Numbered from the stretch's first letter, positions 12,731 to 25,300 are shown. The stretch: 64,000 nucleotides of DNA from Takakia lepidozioides (GCA_030704615.1 CM060732.1:21266001-21330000); one strand, 5' to 3'. Notes: generated by a model from the sequence alone, not told the origin. Program-made: numbers and translations.

Positions 12731-13631
12731 TGGGGACATCAACCTTGGAGCGTGGGGGAGGAAAGCATGTGCTTAGCCCGGCTTAGCTAGCTTAGGAATC
12801 TATTTCAAAAACTTGTATTGTACAAAACGTGCTATAAATGAAATGGATTCCAAATGTTGTGCTTCCTATTTTGTTTGGAATGGTGATGCATGGTATGGTT
12901 GGCTAGTGTGTAGAATGCATGCTAGCTTATAAAAGTGGGAGAGGTAAATTGGGTTAATCGTGTGTTTGCGTAGTGCCGAAATCGGGTGACCCCATCCAAG
13001 GGGCAAGGAAACTTGCGCCTTCTTTGGGAGTTCACGTGCTAGTGCGCACCTGGCGCGTGCGCGTACTATAACTGCGCTACCGAGGGGGTTGCCTTGTAGT
13101 GCGGGCTAACGCGGAAGCTACGTGCTTCCGTTCACGTACTATAATCGTGTAGCCTCGGGACGAAGTCGTAGTGCGGCTTCGGCGTGTTCCCATACCTTAG
13201 GCCAGCATTCCAAGGCAGACCCAATTGTAGTGATTGGGGCGCACGGTTGGTTCAAGGTTATCTTCCTAGTCAAAGAGGGTTCCAGGGGACCCTTGCTCAA
13301 GGTGATGCCAAAAGCGGCATCATGAGCGGTCGCAAGCAATGTTGTTGCAGTAAGGCGATTCGATCCTCGGGGAGGATCGTTCCTTGGCCTTGAAGTAGCC
13401 AAGAAGAGTGCACTGGGAGGAGCTTGAGAGGCTCCACCCTTGGCCGGGACTTGGAGGAAGTCGGCCGAACTAGCTAGTGGAGAGTAGAGTCAAGTGTGGG
13501 GTTTGGTCTTTGCCATGGGACGCCATGGTACGGAAACAAACTCCTTGATGTGGGACGCCACAACTTGGATGTTCGTTTCCACTAAATGGACAAGTCGATG
13601 AGGACATCGACTCCCTGTTGGTAGGGGTGTG

Positions 13632-14357
13632 TGTCGCGGCCCTTTGCTTGAGGGCAGGGGGTCGGGACACAAGAGGGGCTGCCCCTGTGGTGGGGGCAGT
13701 AGCAGCGATAGGTATGGGGGCTGAAGCACCCTTGAGTGCCCAAGGCACTCAAGGAGGCGGAGGCGCTCACTAGGTGGAGCCCCGCACACCGGGTTGCGGT
13801 GGGGGTGGCTCCAAAAGGGGTGGTGGTAGCTTAGCCGGACTTAGTGGGGGTGGCATAGGACTCACCATGGGATGGAGACCTCGAGGTGGGAGTCGTGGGG
13901 AGTCTTGGGACTCATCACGGTCCATTGGGGCCGCGGTGAGTGGGCCAAGACTCACCGCGACTCACCACCGGGAATCGAGGGTCTTCGTGGTGGTTCACCA
14001 TAAAATGGCACGGCTGGTTGTGAAACCCCCGCGGACAGCTACAGAAGTATATATAGGGAGTAGTAACCCCGAGAACGGTGCAAGCCCGTTGGTGACCAAA
14101 AACTAGTGAGTAAGCGAAACGAGCCGGAAAGCGACCAAAGAGTGGGGAGCTGTTCCAGACTGCCAACTACCAAAGGGAATTCCCGCTGGTTCCAAATAGG
14201 TGGAGGGTTCTTTGGGAGAACAAAGGGGGGCCGTTATCCCCCGGTGAGCAGCCGAAGCTCCAAGTTGGCCCGACGGCCAGGTTGGGAGTCAGGCGCGCGC
14301 ATCAAAGCGAGTAACTATGACTTGAGGGGGGAGCTTACCGAAGTGAGGTGCGCGACA
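13632..14357 (+). repeat. 3' LTR of gypsy element
   Basis: Repeat of 7383-8106, preceded by a purine-rich GGTAGGGG tract. Confidence 0.96.
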
Positions 14358-14728
14358 ATACGTCTGCTGTGACAATATCAAAATGTTTGGAATCCCAATT
14401 TCAGACGGTAACTGGTGCTCACTCTAAGCCCTTATGTCTTCTTGTCACTGATGATCTTTTGAATTTGACCGAGCAGCAGCAGGATACAGGGAAGGCCAGC
14501 TGTGAGGTACACGTGGAAATTCAGCCCTTGCCACGTACAAAGGCAGAAGCAGTCCAGGGGGCAATGGTGACAGAGCCGCCGGGCACACCGGATTCTGGTA
14601 TGCAAGTATGTGGGAGTTTAGATGGGGAGGAAGATGCAGACGGGGACAAAACAAACAAGCAGGTTGCTTTAATTTCTCTTGCTCACATGTTGAAGCCAAA
14701 TGTCAGTTTACTTTCTGGACCAACGAGG

Positions 14729-15300
14729 AAGTATTTACTAATTCTGGACTTAAATGGTCTGTTACGTGAATCTTTTCATTCTGCTAATGGGCCTGCATCC
14801 CTTCCCAAAGGTTTTGTGGGGAAGATGTGTGGCAAGAAGATGGTAGTTTTGAGACCACGCTGTTATGACTTTTTGCAAAAGTGTTTTGAACACTTTGAGG
14901 TGGCGGTGTGGTCTTGTTGCCAAGCTCGCAACTTCTTCCCAATGGTGGACTATATTTTTGCAGCCCACACTAACCTGGTTTTCCAATGGGATGCCCTTCA
15001 CTGTGACGAGGATCCAGTCCTCCCATGCCGTAAGGGGTCTGATTCAAAGCCATTATATTTCAAGAACTTGTCTACAGTGCGGGCAGACTGGCCAGAATGG
15101 ACTTATGAGGACACTGTTCTTGTTGACGACACACCAAGAAAGGCGGCAAACAATCCTCCCTTCAGTGGGATTTTTCCAGAGCCATGGAAGGTGCAACCAG
15201 ATTCACCAACTGATGAGTATCTAACAGAGGTGTTGTGGCCTTTCTTATGGAAGGCATCGAAAGCTGCCAGTATTCCCAAGTTTTTGGAGTCTCAGCCTGT
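14729..15300 (+). CDS. FCP1/SCP (NIF)-family HAD phosphatase-like domain within the CACTA TnpA-like exon
   Basis: Motif I LLILDLNGLL, LRP..DFL..CFEHFEVAVWS (motif II), YFKNL (motif III Lys), TVLVDDTPRKA.NNPP (motif IV). The domain is open and uninterrupted in ORF 14348-15352. Confidence 0.85.
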
Positions 15301-16599
15301 TTTCAGACAACAACCATACAACACTGCTACTGTGAAGGTACAAACATTCTGACAGTGCTCCAGAGGCTACATTTTTGTGGGTTCATTCATTGCATTGCTT
15401 TCCTGGATGCTTCTCCTCGGTTGCTTGATTAATGCTAGGTTTTCTTTGCAGCTTTTCATGTTGGCTTTTTTTGTTTGATTCATACTTGGATTTTGTTTCT
15501 ATTCACTATTCATGTTTGCTCATTGCTTTCCTGGTTGATCTCTGGTCTGTGACACAGGAACTTGTGACAAACAAAGGTGATATTGTCGACAAGCCGGTAC
15601 AGACGAGGGGCAAGAGTGTCGACCCGGCGAGTAGCCCCCCAAAAGAGGTCTCACCACCACTGGAGACTGCAAATGGAGTAAGTCCAGGTCGTTGTCTTGT
15701 CTGTTATATTTTTTCCAACCTTGGGGCTCTCTTTAACTCGCAAATGTTGAGTGTCCTAGTCGTGTGTATGTCATGGGTTTTCACATCGTGTTCTTTTTTG
15801 TGTGGAGTTGGGATCACAGTTCAGGGTGGGTAACGAGGTTCGGCTGTTGGATGTAAACTCCAAACGCAAGAAATGTGAAGTAGGGCTGATTGTTGCTCTT
15901 CAAGGTGCTGTGGTGGGTTACGGGTACCCTGCTGTGCCCCTTGATTATGCCTGTGTGTACATCAAAGAGGCATGTGTCAGTAACACCCCTCTACCATATG
16001 TGAATGGTGTTAGGAAACAGACCGAGTTGGGGCAGGTGGTTGGCCAGACAACACTTTGGAGTCTAAAGTTACTGAAACTTATGGAGCTGCGGAAGGGATA
16101 GTCAGTATTGCACTGTTTAACAGACTTCTTGATTCTAATAGCACTAGAACATACTAGCTACAACAATTCAGCCCATGTGTGGGCTTGCTTGTTTTTGGCT
16201 GGGCCTTTTGAGGCATGGATTTTTTGACCTTGTGGCTTTTGAGGTGTCCATTGGGATATTGGTCTCATTTGGATTTTTGTAATGTGATTTATAGGGCTTG
16301 TATTGCTCTGTAGTTGACTATTTTCATTCTCCTTGTGGTTGATAGTATGCAGGAGGGATCCATTTTGTTTTCATGTTGGAATTTCACCATGTAATGAAGA
16401 TTTTAAATCATTTAATTCACTTTCATTTTAAATAATAATATTAAAAATAATACCATTAAAAAAAATCCAAGGCTGCAATCTCCCTTTTCTTTTAAATATT
16501 TAAATGAAAACTAAAAATTAAAATATGACCATTAAAAATATAAACTATTTCGGAAAACAATCTTGATGACACGTGGCATCACTCTTGCTCAAACCAGAA

Positions 16600-17270
16600 C
16601 ACGTGGCAGTATATGACACGACATTCTTTATCCATATTTCACCACATGTAAAGATCCATAGTCATATATGCTAGTCATATATTTTGTCTGTGTGCCACAT
16701 GTCACATCTCAAGTGCAACATGTGTCCCGCTAATATCTCTCCATGTAGACATCCCTGTAGTCATATGAGCGAGTCATGTAGTCACCACGTGTGAAATCTG
16801 CCATAGCACACGTGTCTCGCTAGCGCCTCTCCATGTAGGCATCACTGTGCAGACATGTAGTCATATGATCATGGCAAGAAGTCGTGACATGTCAAATTCG
16901 CAGTGGCGCACGTGTCCATCCGTCGCCTCTCCATGTAGGCATCACTTTGCAGACATATAGTCATATGATCCCCTGACGAATGCATGACATGTCACTTGCG
17001 CAGTGGCGCACGTGTCCCGCTGAAGCCTCTCCATGTAGGCAGCGCTCAACAGACAATGTAGTCATATATTAGTCATATAGTTGTGACTGCAACCCTCTCT
17101 GCAGCAGGACTCCAGGTGCCATGCAAGCAGTCATGGATATGACTTGCAAAACGCAGTCCTAAAGACTAGTCGCTATGACAGGGCTTTTTTCACTACAGAG
17201 TGATGTAGTCATGAACGCATATAAGACTGAAAAAATAGTCATATGTGAAGTCATAAAAACGCTCATCTGT
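16600..17270. repeat. Subterminal repeats of CACTA A
   Basis: Approximately 100-120 bp units containing CACGTGTC..CCTCTCCATGTAGGCATCACT..CAGACA.(G/A)TAGTCATAT, with many AGTCATA motifs. Confidence 0.85.
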
Positions 17271-18728
17271 TGTAGTGCTTCCGAAAAGAGATACGATTGG
17301 AAACAGATGGTGTGCAGGAACAATCAAAGAAAATCTAGACACTGAAGCACTCTGATTCAAGAAATACAACTCCGCCAGTCTGAGCCGCTATAATTTCGTG
17401 GAAATCAAACATGCAGACTCACAAATTCGACAACGTTGAGTACCAACAAGACTGATGCATACTTCAATTGGAATACAATGGTGGATCAAGTGCACACACT
17501 CCTACCAATTCGGCTTCACCGACCAGAGATCTGAATAATGCTGAACGCTAGACTGCAAGCTGTTATATTATTTTTAAATCAACACTAGGCACCACAACTA
17601 GGAACCAGAGTTCATTCTCTAATTCTATCTCCAACTAAACTACCTAGTTTTGGCAAAGGGAGAATGGGAGGCAGAGAGAGAGAGCGAGAGGCAGAGAGAC
17701 TGAAGGAAGAGCGAGAGAGAGACTAGATTGTGTTTGCTCAGTCCTTCCGCCGGCTGCTTTATAGCAGCTCGTCATCCTCTCCTTGACTCCATCCGTCCAA
17801 CTATTTTTGACACACTTGTCACCTCCTTGGGCTCGTTGGCAATTGTGCATGCTGTCTAAGGATGTGACAATGTTTTACCCATGTCTTTACCTACTGACGT
17901 ACCTGACGTGACGTGTGACCCAAATCCCGTCAGTGTCGTTGACGCCGACGTGACGCAACCGGGAAAGATTTGTTTTAGTCCATATAAAAAGCCATTATGG
18001 ACTTTTTTTAAAGCATGATTCATAGACAATTAGAAAAAGGGACTTGACCAAATGTGCTTTGAGGGATAAAGAATCTAGAATGAAAACATCCACTCAAAAA
18101 TATTAAGTAAAATAAACTATATGTACTATTTTGAGCTTTCAAAATAACTATTTTTCGTAAAGTCCTTTACATATAAAATTCTTTGAAATATCAACACTAC
18201 CTCATTAAATACATAGACCAAGGGTAGACCCCCGGGGTGGATCAAGGTCAAATTTGAAAAAAACTATCGTGATCTGAAACTATTGCGATTTGAAAATAAA
18301 GTCTTTAATGGTAAATAATAGACGGTTGAGATCGTAAATTAAAGCGAATCCAATGGTTGAGGATTCGCCACATCCCCCTTTACGTACTTTTAGGGACTCA
18401 TGGTGTGTCTCATTTTGGTCCATTGTAGGCTACAACTACCCAATATATGAATTTCACCAAACACAAAAATAGAGCCGGTATCCCAATGAATCTCACCTTC
18501 TCAATACTCCATGAGCCATCACAAAATTTGTCCCCGTCACTTCTTGATAGAACTTAAGAAATCACATAACACACCGCCAAACAAAATCTCCGCTTCTACC
18601 TTTCCAATATAGCCAACTAAACGATTATCTTGACATTCAGATTCGCTTTTATCTGGCTTCTTTGCAGGATAGACAACTACCAAGCTGATGCAACCATCTT
18701 TGCATACGGCAAGCACTCTCTTTTTGAA

Positions 18729-19320
18729 CTATGAACGATCCTTGTACATGAGTTTCGGATCTGTAGTTGCCACTACTCTAGCCCACTGCACCTCAGATCG
18801 CAGCTTCAGTTGACAGAAGACAGGAATCTTCAAATTCTGAATTCTTACAACAAAAAGAACATCAGCTCCAGATCTGTTGTAAAAAATGAGGCATGGCGGA
18901 CGAGATTTCTCTTCAGCATCAAGAAATTCACTTATAGTGTGGATCGCATATGACTTCCTCTACACTCCTTCACCTTCACCGGTAATCGTTGGCTTGTCCT
19001 TGTGAATTCTAGAGGCAGGGTTGCATCCTTGAAACAACACATATCGGCCAAGGATTTTGTGTCGTCAAACAGCTTGGCCACATGAACTGTAAAAATTTCT
19101 CCCATGCCCTACTCATTGCACTGGGATGATCCTTGCAATCAACCATGTAGTCTTCAAGTGATTTCTCTAATGAACCGCTGATCGTCAAATAGTTCATGAT
19201 GCTATGATGGACTGTCGGTTCGACTATAGAATAAGTGAATTGGGAACCTGTTGAAAGTTGTAGCTGTCCAAGGCCACGCTCGAGCAAAGTCATATCTCCG
19301 TAAATACTAAAAAATAACAT
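18729..19320 (-). pseudogene. Remnant of a Crinkler/RHS-type (CR) NTPase+REase-fold nuclease gene
   Basis: Manual translation gives LLERGLGQL..IVEP..., SAMSRAWEKF, then (frameshifted) TISEFLD..RPPCLIFYNRSGADVLFVV..KIPVFCQLKLR..ARVVATTDPKLMY. This fits a D...QxK REase pattern. Confidence 0.55.
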
Positions 19321-20899
19321 TTAAAATACTATAATTAATAAAATAAGCACTCATTGAAAAATATATTTTTTAAAAATACCAAAAAATAACATTCAAAAAC
19401 CTAAAAAATTGCTCTCATTGAAAAATACAAAAAAGATATAAACGATTTTCCTAGGTTTGTTTGTGTTTGTTGCCATCGATTATGGTTTCAGTACCAGATA
19501 AAATTGGTATCTGGCATCTAAAGATGATTTAAATAAGATAATATCATACGTCCAAGATCTGGATTATTCACAATTTAAAAATCTCATGTTTATGTAAAGA
19601 AAAATTTCTCGATTTTACCTTGCATTGGGATGCCTGATGTCATCTCCATACCGAGGGTCTGTCCTCCTCCTTGAGCAGAGCAATGCCATCACTTTCTAGA
19701 TGGAGGGTTCAACCTTTAGCATTCCTAACCACAATCTAGTGGTTGGTTTGGTATATACAGAGATTGGAGAGTACATAGACTTACTCAATTGTATGCCCAT
19801 TACATTGAAGCGGTGTCATATGTGAGCTAGAACTCTGTCTTTCGTGATTTCAGTGTCAATGTCGAAGCGGATCGTGATATGGTAAGATTATGCCGGGAGC
19901 CCAGAGGTAGGATGCACTCTGGTGCCTTTGGGAAGTTGAGTGAGATGATAGTACTGAGTCTCTGACCATTCCGCACATCTGGTCGGGAGGATGGGTAGAG
20001 CCGCTACGGGACCCTCGAATATGCTTTCCTGCATGTTAACAGCTCATCACATTCCCACGCCGGGGTTCCGAGCTGGAAGAAACAGTCCCTGAATATAGTG
20101 TCTGCGATAAGGGGAAGGTTAGATTCAAGTGCGAATTGTCCCATCGTTTGATATCCATAGCGTACGCCCGCCGTTGTAATTGTCTGCTGCAGAGAGCGCA
20201 AGTGCTTCTAACTATTGGTTGCGTGATTTCTTGGAGTCCGCAGGAGTTCCGCCAGTTATGATGTTGACTTCACTGGAGGCCCATTTTGTGCGTTGTGTTA
20301 TGTGTTTACTGAACAATTGCGAAGTAGAGACATTGTGATGGTGGGGCAGAGAGTGCCATACATTGCGTTGTCAAAGTCCTGCTGACTTTGCGTGGAGCGA
20401 ACCGGGACAAGAGAATGAGGTTGGTGGAGGGAGCCGTTGTGCATCGAAAAACGTCTTGATCCTAAACATTAAGGTTTGCATGGTCCATGGATTTAGACTG
20501 GGAGCTAGCTTGAGATATAGTTTTTGAAGAGAGCGAGAGTTTTTTGGTTTTGCTTTTAGGACGGGAGCCTACGGGTTTCTTCTTGCTAGCGGATGGAGAC
20601 ATGCGTCGTGTGGAAGATGTGGAGCAGTGAGGATGAGGCAGAAGGTTGCTAGTGTTTGCAATTGGAGGCGATGTGGTAGAAAGTACTGGGTGCTATGTGA
20701 AAGCTGAAAGTGTATGAGTTGGGCGAGGAGAGATGGTATGGGGGGATTTGTGCAACACATATATGGTGGACTGAATATGATGATTAACAAAAAAATGTGC
20801 TATTGAACATTATCATGAACCAAAAAATATAATTGATTCAGTAGATGTCTTAAACCAGTTGGAAGAACGTCTTGTAGCCCCTCAAATGACATTTACACA

Positions 20900-23800
20900 A
20901 ATATATTAGCTGCAAGGATTCAATTTGGCATTTGTGGTAGCATTATTAATGTCCCAACAAATATTGATAAAATCCAATCTCTCTTACCACCTCTTCCTCA
21001 AGATGAAGCGACAACAACAATAATGTTAAAAAAAAATTGAGTATCGCGTACGTCCAACCAACCATGGTTATAAAAACATTGCATGATTTATGTCGAAATG
21101 TTGATGTGCAAGCGTCACATCACATCCATATGTACAACTAGGATGTAGATTGGTGTCACTTAGAACAAGTTGCCTATTCTTTGGCTAAGACAAATTATAA
21201 TGATAATGAATGGATGTTTTACAATGGAAGAGTAATTCCCCGTGAATACACAGAAACCCATTATAATTCAGTGACTTCCAACGATGAACTTTCATCAACA
21301 AATACATTCCATTCTATGGTCCGTACATTAACTATAGATCAATGGTTAGTTTTTTTATGATTTTTTACACAAAAAAAAGAATAAATCCTAACAAACACAT
21401 CCATCTTCTTTTAACTGGTGGAGCTGGCACATGAATGTTTTTTACTTTAATGGTTATAATACAAGGGATTTTTTTTTTAAATCAAACGAACTAAAAACTC
21501 AGATCCTCTGAGAAAGAAAGTCATCAAAATGGCGTACACTGGAATTTCAACATAGATGGATCAACTATACATTTAGGTTTGGCCATTCCTCTGAATAGAA
21601 AATTGAACGAATTGTCATCTTTGAATGACGAACCTCGTGATAATTTGATAAAATAATATGATCAAATATAATTACTCGTATTCTATGAAATTTCATTGAC
21701 TTTTGATGAAAATCAGATTTTGAATTTTGTCGACAGGAGGTTGAGATCAATAAAACGAGTACAAGAATTTTTTCGGAGGCCTTGACACTATCATTACTGG
21801 AGATCTATATCAAACACCCCCAATGCAAGATTCTTGGGTGTTCAAACCTAAAATGGATGGTTTAGGCATTTTAGGTAGTAATGTTTGGCTGGACAAAATT
21901 TAATGTTATGAATTGAAACAAGTAAATGCATAGATCATTGAGATTCTCCAGGCGCCGAACAAACAAACGACGACATAATCATCATCATTGAAGTTTGCTA
22001 TAAGAATCCCCAATCCGACCCTACATTCCCTCATCTATTTTTCAAAAATGAATCTACCCGAACCCACAACAGTTAAACATTTGAAAAAACAAATGGTAAA
22101 GTTTATTTTTTCAAAGCAAATGATATAAGACATAATACATATTCATCACATTTTTCGTTGTCTGCCAAACCAAACAAAACCGTAGGTCTACATACAGAAA
22201 TACGGGTGAAATATAATATGCTGGTAGAATTATGCGCTGGAAAACTATGCCACAAATGATGGGTTCGTAAATGGAGTAGATCGTATATTTGAATGTGCAA
22301 CGACTATGCGTACACAATCTATAGTTTGTGTTCAATTCAATAACATGCATGTATGACAAAACACGAGAACCGCGAATTCTCAATTATACATTACATTCCC
22401 AAAAGTAATGTCAACTTCAATCCCAATTGCAGCCAAAGCCAAAGAAATACAAGTAGGAGGGAATTCCGATCATTTAATTACACGTATCACATTCCATATC
22501 CAACTTGCAATAGCTCGAACCATACATCATACTCAAGGGTTGACCCTTGAAAGTTGATCGACTAGCTTTTGATCTAAAAGGTGTTACAAGACATGTGTAG
22601 GATGAAAAAGAAATGGCCTAAACTGCCTATGTGTTGTCATCTTCCAGCTAATTATGACCAGAGAAATGTAGACTTACCCCTACCGCAGTGGAAGAAGAAG
22701 ATAAAGGTAAGCCAGCTACAGTTATTTAACCCGTATATTTCCAGATTATTACCAGGTGTTGGGTGATTGCATAACCAGCATGGTTATATCCTGCACTCAT
22801 CACAAGAAAACACCATTGTAATGGTTGGGTTAGCATCACACCAGCAAACCTACCAAAGAGGAAAACTGATACTTTTATCTGTTTTCAATAATGACTTATA
22901 CACTTCAAGGACAGTGCAGCAGGTCTACATTAGTTCATCTATGTCAGTCATAGCTAAGGTAACTACATGCATCTCAGGGTGTTTCCTTTTGTGTAATGCA
23001 TAGTGCTCCGTGAATGCTCTCCCTATTTCAAGGATATGAATGCTGCCAAGAAGCTCTCTCTCTTCTCTTGTTATGTGATTACTTCATGCCAGGGACTGCA
23101 TGTGTGCCAAGAACCCCAGACTTCTCTTGTTCATGTTATCTTTTACCTTTGTGAGTATTAAGTCAGTGAGTGCACCCTGCAGCAAAGACAACCAAGGGAG
23201 TTGCAAGAAAAATTCTTGATCTGTGAAGGGTGAAGTGTAAAAAACCCCAACTGCATGCTTTGATCGTTGGATGAATAAGTTCATCGTTTCGTCTTCCTCA
23301 TTATATTGGCACAAATATGAGCTGCGATAGCTCGACAAGCTACTGAGAGGTTAGCAGCGGATGCCAAGGAATCTCAAGGGTGTAGGTGAAGCAGCGCTGG
23401 CGAGTTCATAAGAAATCGGTGCTTCATGAGAGGCGGTGCTGATGAGACAGGGAAACTGCAGATTGAGTAAAAGTTTAGCAGGTTTCATCTGTCAAATAGA
23501 AAGGGGAGGGTGCATGAAAGTTATGGGGGCATGGATAGGATTTTTTATCGATACAGTAGAGGCGAAGGCTAAGTGATGAAGACAAGGCGTTGCGCAAGTA
23601 CGACTGGAGCAGCAGCAGCGCGGTGGCGATTCGGCCATGGTGCAGCGTTGAACACCTCGACGCTGCAGGGATGCAAATATCACAGTAAGAATAGTATTTG
23701 GCCAATCACACAGATGTTCTTCTTCTTCTTTTTGGCTTGAGATTTAGTACACTAATACACCCGAGATGGTGTGAAGGGGATAGACTTGGTGATGGCATTA

Positions 23801-25300
23801 GGGAAGAAAACTTGGGAATTTGGGGTTTTTGAATGAAGCCGTGACAGGGTTTGGTTCAGAATCAAATATCTCTGCATTGTGAGGGTTTGGAGTGCATTTC
23901 TGTGATGGCATGAAGTAGAATTTGCTTGGAATAGTCGCTGCAATGACACAATGCCACAGTCATGGTTGTTGCAATCGTCTACTAATTCAGCCCTTCACTT
24001 CCTCTAATTGGTGTACTAGATTGATATTGTTCGACATCTCTGGCAAGAACTAAACAGATAACAACAGAAACCTTGCTTAAATTGCAAAGCTCTCATGGTT
24101 TTCCTTCTCCCTCACCTGGCGGAACATCCCTAATCATGCCATGTATTTTCATGTCTCTCACCCAGCCATGATCTTCTCTCCTCTCAACATCAGATTGAAA
24201 CTCAAAACACAAAAGCCCTTCATAGTTTACTAAGCCTACATACTGTGCAATGCAATGAGATGCATCCTGCTGGTCTTATCATGCAACAACGTCATCATGA
24301 GAATCTCGAACCTGCATGTTATTACCCCAACATTGCAACAAACAAAACTAAGTCCTAATAACATTCAGCACTACACTGCATTTGTATAAACTCTGTCAAA
24401 CCAGCATCTCTAATTGCTCGAGAGTCTGTGTTCTTTTTCCCTTATTCTATATAAAGTTGTCTAAGTTAGACCATGTGTAGGGCGATTCTGTGCGACATAA
24501 AATTATTTGTCAAAAGAGCAGAGTATGGCCTTTGAACCCACTCAAACTTTATATCTTTTGAACCCACTCGATCCAACTTTCAATGTTGATAATGTAGTTG
24601 TTGAAGAAATGAGACGACTTACAACAATGGCACAACATAAATTGTCAATACCTATCATATCGCAATTGCGATATATGTTTTTGGTCGTGCAAACATTGAA
24701 TACTCGTTCCCTAAACCAATACCATTATGATATTATATCCGATTAAAACTTTCAAGCTTCACATATCTTATGAAAAACAATTATCGTCATCTAATTTAAA
24801 TTGGAACAGTTTCATTGATCACACCAATTTTTTTTTTATCGCATTTCATCATGGTCATGGCACTGCCATTTTATATGCCACTCACAATATTCTCTCGCAG
24901 CATGAATCATAGTGCACATATGACGGTGCCCAATTCATTTCCGCAACCTTCAATACAAATTCACGAAAAGCATCAAATGTACTTACAATTTATAAACCTC
25001 CTCATTACAAACATTTTTATTACATTTGGAGAATATGTACAATAAAACACCACACTATTGCCCAACCATATTTATTGGGGATTTCAATGCTAATATGTTA
25101 CAAGACTTCTAAGTTCTCAATATATCATGCTTCAAGATTACATGGAAACTCGTAAATTTCAAGTAACGTGCAAGGAAAGTACTACAGACGATGACTCTCA
25201 ACTTGACCATATATGGATAAATGCGCCATCCCAGCCATGCAAATCCGTTACGACCGAAGCATATTCGACCGATGACAAACCAGTTTATAATCTTGCTTTC
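20900..25300 (+). mobile_element. Decayed Helitron of endonuclease-encoding (Helentron-like) type
   Basis: QFGICGSIINVPTNID..LLP (DUF6570-like, ~20920); PIF1 helicase motifs LTGGAGT (~21410), FFGGLDTIITGDLYQTPP (~21770), ARTIHHTQGLTL (~22515), VVEEMRRL. These are followed by APE-type endonuclease motifs LNTRSL, GDFN, TTDDDSQLDHIW, YSTD.KP (24690-25290). Confidence 0.8.

Larger units (their letters stand above)
7383..14357 (+). mobile_element. Full-length Ty3/gypsy chromovirus LTR retrotransposon (Galadriel-like)
   Basis: Two LTRs with TGTCGCG...CGCGACA ends; 5-bp TSD ATACG at 7378-7382 and 14358-14362; tRNA-Met PBS; domain order gag-PR-RT-RH-IN-chromodomain. Confidence 0.97.
4548..16101 (+). 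pseudogene. CACTA TnpA-like multi-exon gene (Ptta/En/Spm domain, coiled coil, FCP1-like HAD domain, Tnp1-like C-terminal domain), interrupted by a gypsy element
   Basis: ATG at 4548 (MVKRKVFEVTVPLTEYEKFRERRIAAIKE) with a GTGAG donor after 4666. ORF 6101-6910 contains WNKLVSYWQT...TKTGRGGK. The last exon reads FRVGNEVRLLD..PLPY..GQTTLWS. These segments are colinear and similar to the 37136-41440 gene of CACTA B. Confidence 0.8.
1..17277. mobile_element. CACTA (En/Spm) DNA transposon A; left end lies outside the window
   Basis: The right terminus reads ...GCTCATCTGTTGTAGTG ending at 17277 (reverse complement CACTACAACAGATGAGC). It is preceded by subterminal repeats and encloses transposase and TnpA-like genes. 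Confidence 0.88.

Noticed and set aside
14348-14362. Apparent start of the 334-aa ORF inside the 3' LTR
   Set aside because: The ORF-track start is a GTG in the LTR end. The frame belongs to the interrupted CACTA exon, although LTR-driven expression of the HAD domain cannot be excluded.
16600-17100. Regularly spaced repeats resembling a CRISPR array
   Set aside because: Eukaryotic context; units are degenerate along their whole length and adjoin a CACTA TIR.
17640-17960. GA microsatellite, TATA-like box and TGACG repeats suggesting a minus-strand promoter
   Set aside because: No downstream gene is identifiable and the region is truncated by CACTA A, so no function can be supported.
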